From Magallana gigas (lineage: Eukaryota): 64,000 nucleotides of DNA. The stretch is taken from contig NC_088858.1 of the NCBI RefSeq assembly GCF_963853765.1, positions 7,936,001-8,000,000 of the forward strand, read 5' to 3'. Below are positions 61,501 to 64,000 of this stretch, piece by piece (the first letter of the stretch is position 1; each line of letters begins with the position of its first letter). Under the pieces are notes generated by a model. That model ran no database searches, had not been told where the DNA came from, and saw only the letters and a list, made by a program, of their open reading frames with translations. The position numbers and the translations under genes are program-made.

Positions 61501-64000
61501 GCAGCAGAGCTTAGCCAGTCAAGGGTCGGTGATGTCGTCTGCCTCTGTTGCCAGTAGTGACTCAGATCGCACAGAGCAGTCTCAACCAGTGTTCATCAAG
61601 TACGAAATTCATTTAGTTAATGTGTCAGTAATAAATGGACACAGTTGTCTTGCAGTTGTGTCTGATAAAGTGTTTTTTTTATACATCCTGTTAAAAAGGC
61701 CATAAAGAAAGCATTATTGCTTGTTTTGAACTTCTATATCTATTATATGGTTATGTTGTAGAAACTTCATGTTTTCTCCTGATGTGCCAATCAGACTTGA
61801 CTACCATGGAAAGAAGTGGGTCGACAGAGAACATGTAAGTTCTGAAATATCTCAAGTACTGGTGCGTTATTCACTCTGAATCTTACAAAAATAAATTACC
61901 GGTATCATAATTATAGTACACATAATGCAATTTTTGCCCTAGTTTCAAAGAACAAACTGTATTTTAAAAAATTCAAATAAATAAATCTGAAAATATTGTG
62001 TATATGAGGCAGTATCTATATAACTTCTCTTATTTCCCTGAACTTTAGGGGACCCTGGCAGGTGTGTTAGTAGGACTGGCCAGTCTTAACTGTTCTGAGC
62101 TGAAGCTGAAGAGGCTAAATTATAAACATGGGTCAGTAGCATTTTGAAAATTTCTCTCAGAGAAAAATTCAGAGGGTTTCAATAAAACTCACAAATTTAG
62201 ATACTGTAGATTCCTAATTAAATGCAAGGAACTTATATCATGTAAAATTGTTAGAGGCACTTCAAAGATCTCGCTTGTATTTTTTGGACAGATATAAACT
62301 TGAGAAAATCTGATAAAAGTATGGCAAGAAACTATGATAAAAGTTTAGCATTCACAATTTGATGAAAGATGGTTGAATCGCGTAATGAAGTTCTCAGGTA
62401 AAATAAGGAATCTTCAGTAGCCTCTGCCGTGATTTCATCAATAATTGCTGTATATCTATTACTGTATTTGATTTTTTTGTTGAGTCTATCCACACCATCA
62501 AAGTATTGAATGTGACACAAATTCTCTCACTAAAACTTCTGTCAATTCATGTATCCTTGAAAGTGATATTTACTCAATCTTCAAAAACTGATAACTGCAA
62601 GTATTTTAATTTGTTTGAGCCCCTTGATTTACTATAAATATTCCATAGAGTGGTCTTTCCTTTACAGGCTTCTAGGGATGGATAAGCTTCAGGCTTACTG
62701 TATCAATGAGTGGGTCACGGACATCCTGAAGAAACAGCTTCCCAGCATTCTGGGTGGTGTAGGACCAATGCACTCATTTGTACAAATAGGTAAAACTATA
62801 TAAAAGATAAGTACTCATTGTAAATTTGTAAGGTTAGAAATATGATTATATGTATGCTTGTCCATCAAAACTAGCACATGTATAATGCATGGTAATTCTT
62901 CCTCCTCTAAGCAATGGGGCAGTCAATTTTAAGTAAAACCATATTAATATTTAAGATAATTATCAGGAAGAAAAAATCTCCGTTAAATGTACAAAACTTA
63001 ATGATAAAAGTTATTATGCTTAAAATTGATTCTACTTTGTGTAATTTTAGCACAAGGAATTCGAGATCTCTTTTGGCTGCCTGTGGAGCAATACAAGAGA
63101 GATGGCCGATTTGTTCGGGGGATGCAGAGAGGGGCGACCTCCTTCTCCACCTCCACTGCCATGGCGATGTTAGAACTGACCAACCGAGCCGTCCAATCTG
63201 TTCAGGTAAATCCACATCTGAGAAAGGTACACTGTATTGCAAAGGTATTTACTGTGAAAGCAGAAATATTCGTAGATTAGATTTAGTTAAGTTTGTTATC
63301 AACAAAATTATATCCCTCATGAAAATCTTTATGGTTTCATGTTTAATGTGGTTATATAAAAAAATGATATTCAGTTCAGGAAAAACCATGTCAGATCTGA
63401 AGTCAACCAAGTTTAATCTCCAAAAACAATTCTGCTTCTGTACATGTGTACTGGTATACATATAATTCATAAGGAATGATTTTGTAATTCAAAGGATCAT
63501 TTTCTTAGTTTTATAAGCTATTGTTTGATAATTTAATAGTACGTTGCTGAAGTGACGTATGACATGGTGACACCTGGACCCAGCTGTCGAGTTCAGCGAC
63601 GCAGACTGAGGGGTCCTCCAGCTGATGTCAGAGAGGGTGTGGAGAATGCTTACATCGCCATAACAGAGGTAATTAAATACACTATTTAACAAATCAAATT
63701 ACATAACCTATTTTTAATTTCTGTAGCTTTTCGAAACAGTTGATGTGTCAGGAGATTTTTTTTTCTGAAAATGCAAGTAAAAACGAAATTTAATGTATTT
63801 CACTATGTGATTTCTAAAACCGCTGGAAATTTAATGTATTTCACTATGTGATTGCTAAAACCGCTGAAACTCTTTGCAGGGCTTCAGTAACACAGCATAT
63901 AACATTGTGGAGGTGGCAACAAAAGAACACCAGCAGAAAGGAATGACGGGGGCGGTGGGGGCGGCCATTAGACTGGTTCCCCCAACAGTTCTCTCCCCTG
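8896..64000 (+). CDS. ATG2: Autophagy-related protein 2 (bridge-like lipid transfer protein); 3' end runs off the window
   Basis: N-terminus MPWTFPWTEFLKKRACRYLLQHYLGQFLKEKLSLDQLSVDLY is the typical ATG2 Chorein_N start. Further ATG2 motifs: RFPIPDLR, NDLLLWEP, CAD motif RTCTDSC, LIR EEDFCII, YFS motif, and C-terminal IRLDYHGK, QLPSILGGVGPMHS, LPVEQYKRDG. Exons (GT-AG, frame-continuous): 8896-9063, 9452-9620, 9939-10097, 10883-10985, 11275-11467, 11988-12152, 15145-15241, 15612-15788, 16076-16174, 17609-17650, 27793-28060, 28506-28656, 47091-47201, 47872-48030, 48588-48691, 49021-49193, 49366-49459, 49682-49880, 50152-50294, 50488-50642, 53197-53354, 54144-54276, 54805-55031, 56315-56395, 56705-56811, 56946-57038, 57565-57638, 57926-58179, (candidate 58456-58482), 58582-58693, 58845-59086, 59410-59669, 59795-59921, 60383-60550, 60958-61059, 61298-61599, 61762-61834, 62049-62131, 62668-62789, 63051-63205, 63540-63668, 63880->64000. 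Confidence 0.96.
12449..12589. mobile_element. Long palindrome A (64-bp arms), probably the end of a non-autonomous DNA element extending to ~13050
   Basis: Arms acttattagg...catagatggc / gccgtctatg...cctaataagt with one mismatch. Centre GGC-GA-GGC-GAA-GCC-GA-GCC (12510-12528). Confidence 0.75.
13161..14742 (+). mobile_element. hAT-type MITE, copy 1 (~1.58 kb)
   Basis: TIR CAGGCTTGGGG...CCCCAAGCCTG, subterminal GTAATG/CATTAC arrays and an internal (CT)n. Reverse complement of 17792-19346. Flanks are not a clean TSD. Confidence 0.85.
16281..16431 (+). repeat. 40-bp tandem repeat (~3.8 copies) in ATG2 intron 9
   Basis: Unit cctttttccctc(a/t)gtgaatattatccatatctttacc(a/t)ta, starting at 16281, 16321, 16361 and 16401. 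Confidence 0.9.
16479..17402 (+). mobile_element. Helentron-associated non-autonomous element (HINE/Helitron-N-like)
   Basis: 5' TTTTTAGCTCACCTG, a ctgtccgtctgt microsatellite, central degenerate satellite-like repeats, and a 3' GCGATGTGGCCCATGGTCCTCTTGTT end. This matches the known bivalve HINE layout. Confidence 0.75.
17792..19346 (-). mobile_element. hAT-type MITE, copy 2 (inverted relative to copy 1)
   Basis: Same TIRs as copy 1. The 8-bp flanks CTGTAGAG / CTTTAGAG (7/8 match) fit a hAT TSD. Near-identical reverse complement of 13161-14742 with a shorter (AG)n. Confidence 0.88.
19362..20800 (+). mobile_element. Cluster of HINE/Helitron-N-like elements (truncated copy 19362-~19990 plus a second family ~20110-20800)
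   Basis: 5' TTTTAGCTAATCTGAGCCAAAGGCTCAAGTGAGC hairpin, a gtc/tgt microsatellite, recurring cttcagaacc...ccaaactt...ggggga...tttgttcaaat units, and a second ctgtctgtcc microsatellite start. Boundaries are approximate. Confidence 0.6.
21076..21106. repeat. (GA)n microsatellite
   Basis: Read directly from the sequence. Confidence 0.9.
21306..21782 (+). mobile_element. Truncated PIF/Harbinger-like MITE
   Basis: Starts TTA|AACCCCTGTCACAC and has a CpG-rich body with GCGT/ACGC subrepeats. No matching right TIR; it ends in (CT)n. A related fragment lies inverted at ~20950-21065. Confidence 0.45.
21783..21822. repeat. (CT)n microsatellite
   Basis: Read directly from the sequence. Confidence 0.9.
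22508..23572 (-). mobile_element. HINE/Helitron-N-like element with an internal tRNA-like segment
   Basis: On the minus strand it starts TTATTAGGGTCTTCCGTTTCCATCGGAAGACCCTATTG (hairpin) and ends GGAAGACCCACTCGTTGCTCGCAACGAGATCGTGTCTAGTT. A-box TAGCTCAGTCGA and B-box GGTTCAAGCCC lie at 22647-22699. Confidence 0.75.
23687..24736 (-). CDS. Intronless orphan class A (rhodopsin-like) GPCR nested antisense in ATG2 intron 10
   Basis: 349-aa ORF with 7 hydrophobic segments: GIVGN (TM1), LAYFD (TM2), C3.25 in IECRV, ERYRKICHPL (TM3/ICL2), an ECL2 Cys, SYFP (TM6), NSILNPFVY (TM7), and an N-glycosylation site NAS. The true start may be Met17. Confidence 0.92.
   Translation of the reverse strand: MSLTNEHKGIQTVKNIMGQNASVVTHPEIVKERMNRLPLGIFILFLCVVGIVGNSLVLNIFRKIQYDSTYKIFVFILAYFDLSTSFAHLMKEVEQLWFPSYDTSDIECRVTYFAAYIVSTTSYCIIFVIAIERYRKICHPLKSQMSVSFAKRICLACFGFACMTGLPFPFMVGNWYTKMEGRTISQCMIGNVGERKVWPFIYNLSNLTTSVLLAIIVVCLQVIIWKTILAQKAARKKLRDGQNFGNKNQDATSKDSKAARRAAKDDNVKITLTFCIITVLLIVSYFPLVTINTLVAYKNYYDPYIAIDRSTYVLFGVLAHFGAINSILNPFVYFFSDNRFRDLFKEMLC
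25410..25730 (+). repeat. Two degenerate ~166-bp satellite-like units (HINE central repeat fragment)
   Basis: The catggt.atgatgtccatgaagccct...gtgaaa...aggcccaagg...atatggcc units match the array at 30530-31330. Confidence 0.6.
25807..25896. repeat. 3 x 30-bp tandem array of self-complementary units
   Basis: Unit CCGGTCAATAGACT(G/T)(C/T)GATCTATT(A/G)GACC(A/G). Each unit folds as GGTC-AATAGA...TCTATT-x-GACC. Confidence 0.9.
26277..26456. mobile_element. Long palindrome B (~82-bp arms)
   Basis: Arms acaattatttaatg...gatctattgccc / gggcaatagatc...cattaaataattgt with a few mismatches. Minus-strand centre CCC-GA-GGCC-AAC-GGCC-GA-GGG (26356-26376). Confidence 0.8.
30356..31484 (+). mobile_element. 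HINE carrying a ~166-bp satellite-like array (Cg170-like by unit length)
   Basis: 5' TTTTTAGGTCACCTGAGTAAACTCAGGTGACCTA hairpin and a gtccgtcgtc microsatellite. Repeat anchors at ~30653, 30791, 30956 and 31122 (spacing 138/165/166). 3' end CTCAGGTGACCGTTAAGGCCTATTGGCTCTTGTT. Confidence 0.85.
31563..31879. mobile_element. Kolobok-type MITE with TTAA flanks and an internal tRNA-like segment
   Basis: TTAA-AGTGGTATGGGACATC ... GATGTCCCATACCACC-TTAA (RR...YY termini). A-box TAGCGCAGTGG at 31671 and a degenerate B-box at 31714. Confidence 0.75.
37954..38096. mobile_element. Long palindrome C (~65-bp arms), likely the end of an element starting near 37740
   Basis: Arms ataaatagtgcctgtt...ccattgtcaacc / ggttgacaatgg...aacaggcactatttat. 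Minus-strand centre ACC-GA-CGC-GAA-GCG-GA-GGT (38016-38034). Confidence 0.8.
39443..42184 (-). CDS. Leucine-rich-repeat + fibronectin type III single-pass transmembrane protein (913 aa), nested antisense in ATG2 intron 12
   Basis: One coding exon, with an acceptor tttctttacAG|G-ATG at 42186-42187. Domains in order: signal peptide MKPLVLVTIVLLHVGYSLS, LRRNT CPSTVQACTC, many LxxLxLxxN repeats, LRRCT NSFVCDCNL...C...C, Thr-rich stalk, FN3 (ISW...Y...LNPGSRYEI), TM IVGGVLGGVLFIALIVVLLFVFVIC, and a ~200-aa cytoplasmic tail ending GTVV. Confidence 0.93.
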   Translation of the reverse strand: MKPLVLVTIVLLHVGYSLSQCPSTVQACTCENVTAQSRRNIRCVGLTQIPAFTSSPEIFQKLDMDNPNNNIQVIQANAFSGIKVEEIDMSGQNIKLQSIHPMAFFGLEQHLTIVKLQGDTVLPPPFVQLKNITNLQVLELQFFNMPTIEESTEFNYFPYLRTLRLRNMNTNFVSSESFKNQLQELTVFEFANNQVPTFPKPAINRLRKLQHLSWVHNGMTTISYSSFDSLNSLIELDLRGNDIREMFNGSFIGITDRLEFLSLQLNRITKEAIIPLGNHNWPELEQLNLGHMVADFTDIPNGLFRNMPKLANLMMPGNKLKVIKSNDFQGLGNMHSLDLSENWIHTIQRGALSPMTRLDTLDLRSQYDSNVNNPMNFSLDALEGAELALKTLHIQDNHLIDQYAWRAIGAMKNLVNLDISGTGLSDIPSLLFYSHNNLGSLTMRNNNMTVLRQESLYGLKYSLEVIDISNNQIYTIEKCVFEGFNKLKFFFAPQNSFVCDCNLYGLHQILKAIPSPGLVILTCKNPANLAGKSLLTLETGQFCSNPPNSAACPDFTTTTMTTSTIGTTSVVPLPDIRFGISSETKNTIVISWTVSGDMTYLKNFLVQYKQLGINNPQEKSFPLDKSKRDHPITGLNPGSRYEICFFIELTGSSKQILISCPTGTTQGSLTDVATTEANTGSDDKTVEIVGGVLGGVLFIALIVVLLFVFVICRKKKEDKPPLPLPNGHITPIGYQNQPRPTSQPKVFVRKANGEMQVMTISNGNLDSSRLSGLSAGSYQNIDDTAVSNDPYPTKGATGGGGGRDPKQLSVKLPPEHKPEGGSRDAGRYTVMPTAPKPNYVNEVNRMMAPADHYTNAVETRPLPQTPNRDPMSHSSGGGFLNHGFSSSPTDKVYSEIQDNIEAPQFEENIGTVV
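44343..44720 (-). promoter_or_regulatory. Candidate 5' non-coding exon/promoter of the LRR-FN3 gene
   Basis: Strong minus-strand donor CAG|GTAAGC at 44341-44342, a YY1-type CCGCCATGTT at 44613-44622, TGACTCA at 44581, and six CAGGT/ACCTG words in 44597-44716. Confidence 0.35.
46468..46930 (+). mobile_element. Truncated hAT-like MITE (left end only)
   Basis: Starts CAGGCATGGGCACGATTA and carries GTAATCGATTAC subterminal repeats. No right TIR found. Confidence 0.4.
47245..47566 (-). mobile_element. tRNA-derived SINE with a CORE-like domain
   Basis: On the minus strand: degenerate A-box TGGTGCATTTGA, perfect B-box GGTTCGAGTCC (47505-47515), CORE-like CCTTGGGCAAGTTACTT, then CTCTCCACCCAGGGGTTAAAATGGGTACC. 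Confidence 0.75.
48031..48430 (+). repeat. 38-bp minisatellite (~10 degenerate units) derived from the ATG2 exon-14 donor junction
   Basis: Unit cacaggga|gtaagtat(g/a)agtcattcaacaccacaaccc, with GT positions at 48031, 48069, 48107 and 48145 (period 38). Later units are degenerate. Confidence 0.9.
50611..51043 (+). repeat. 8 x 54-bp in-frame tandem array spanning the ATG2 exon-20 3' end and donor
   Basis: Each unit encodes FSM(A/T)KSA(I/R)QY(G/S)K(G/E/K)(L/I)QTEH. GTAAG donors at 50643, 50697, 50751, 50805, 50859, 50913, 50967 and 51021. First stop is TGA at 51044-51046. Confidence 0.95.
53293..53422 (+). repeat. 62-bp tandem duplication of the ATG2 exon-21 3' end
   Basis: Copies start GTAAGATG at 53293 and 53355, with a third GTAAGA at 53417. 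The copies differ at 4 positions. Confidence 0.93.
55313..55999 (+). mobile_element. HINE/Helitron-N-like element
   Basis: (CCAT)n/ctgtccgtcc microsatellite near the 5' end, repeated gtgcaatgaccttgaac...ggtcaaggtcata units, and a 3' hairpin GTGACTCTTTGAGAGGGTCAC. Confidence 0.6.
63785..63866 (+). repeat. 41-bp tandem duplication just upstream of the last visible ATG2 acceptor
   Basis: gaaatttaatgtatttcactatgtgatt(t/g)ctaaaaccgctg x2. The acceptor AG is at 63878-63879. Confidence 0.9.

Noticed and set aside
62200-62560. MITE-like left end TACTGTAGATTCCTAATT
   Set aside because: No right TIR found, so it is too fragmentary to call.
58783-63692. Short ORF-track calls overlapping ATG2 exons on the opposite strand or in other frames (for example 58783-59109, 62907-63242, 62914-63465)
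   Set aside because: They are antisense or alternative-frame shadows of GC-richer ATG2 exons, running into intron sequence.

Overview
This is AT-rich (intron-dominated) eukaryotic DNA, most likely from a true oyster (Crassostrea/Magallana-type). That assignment is inferred from Helentron-type non-autonomous repeats carrying ~166-bp satellite units. Two spliced + strand genes were reconstructed by hand from GT-AG sites and frame continuity. The first is an 11-coding-exon group II PLP decarboxylase, cysteine sulfinic acid decarboxylase (CSAD)/GADL1-like (499-5971). The second is ATG2 (8896 to beyond 64000, at least 41 coding exons). The two giant ATG2 introns (10 and 12) each hold an antisense gene with a single coding exon: an orphan rhodopsin-class GPCR (23687-24736) and an LRR-FN3 single-pass receptor (39443-42184). 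Most unusual signals: (1) repeated tandem duplication of ATG2 exon ends and splice donors, including a stop-free, in-frame 8 x 54-bp array giving eight near-identical 5' splice sites (0 to +126 aa) and a 62-bp GT...AG duplication that looks like intron gain in progress; (2) two inverted ~1.56-kb hAT-type MITE copies tightly bracketing ATG2 exons 7-10, a configuration that predicts a circRNA and dsRNA; (3) three long palindromes with unrelated arms but the same covarying central GA/GA-stem-triloop hairpin; (4) three-level transposon nesting; (5) a candidate hidden spliced small ORF or alternative terminal exon in ATG2 intron 12. No database searches or RNA data were available, so all isoform and functional statements are hypotheses.
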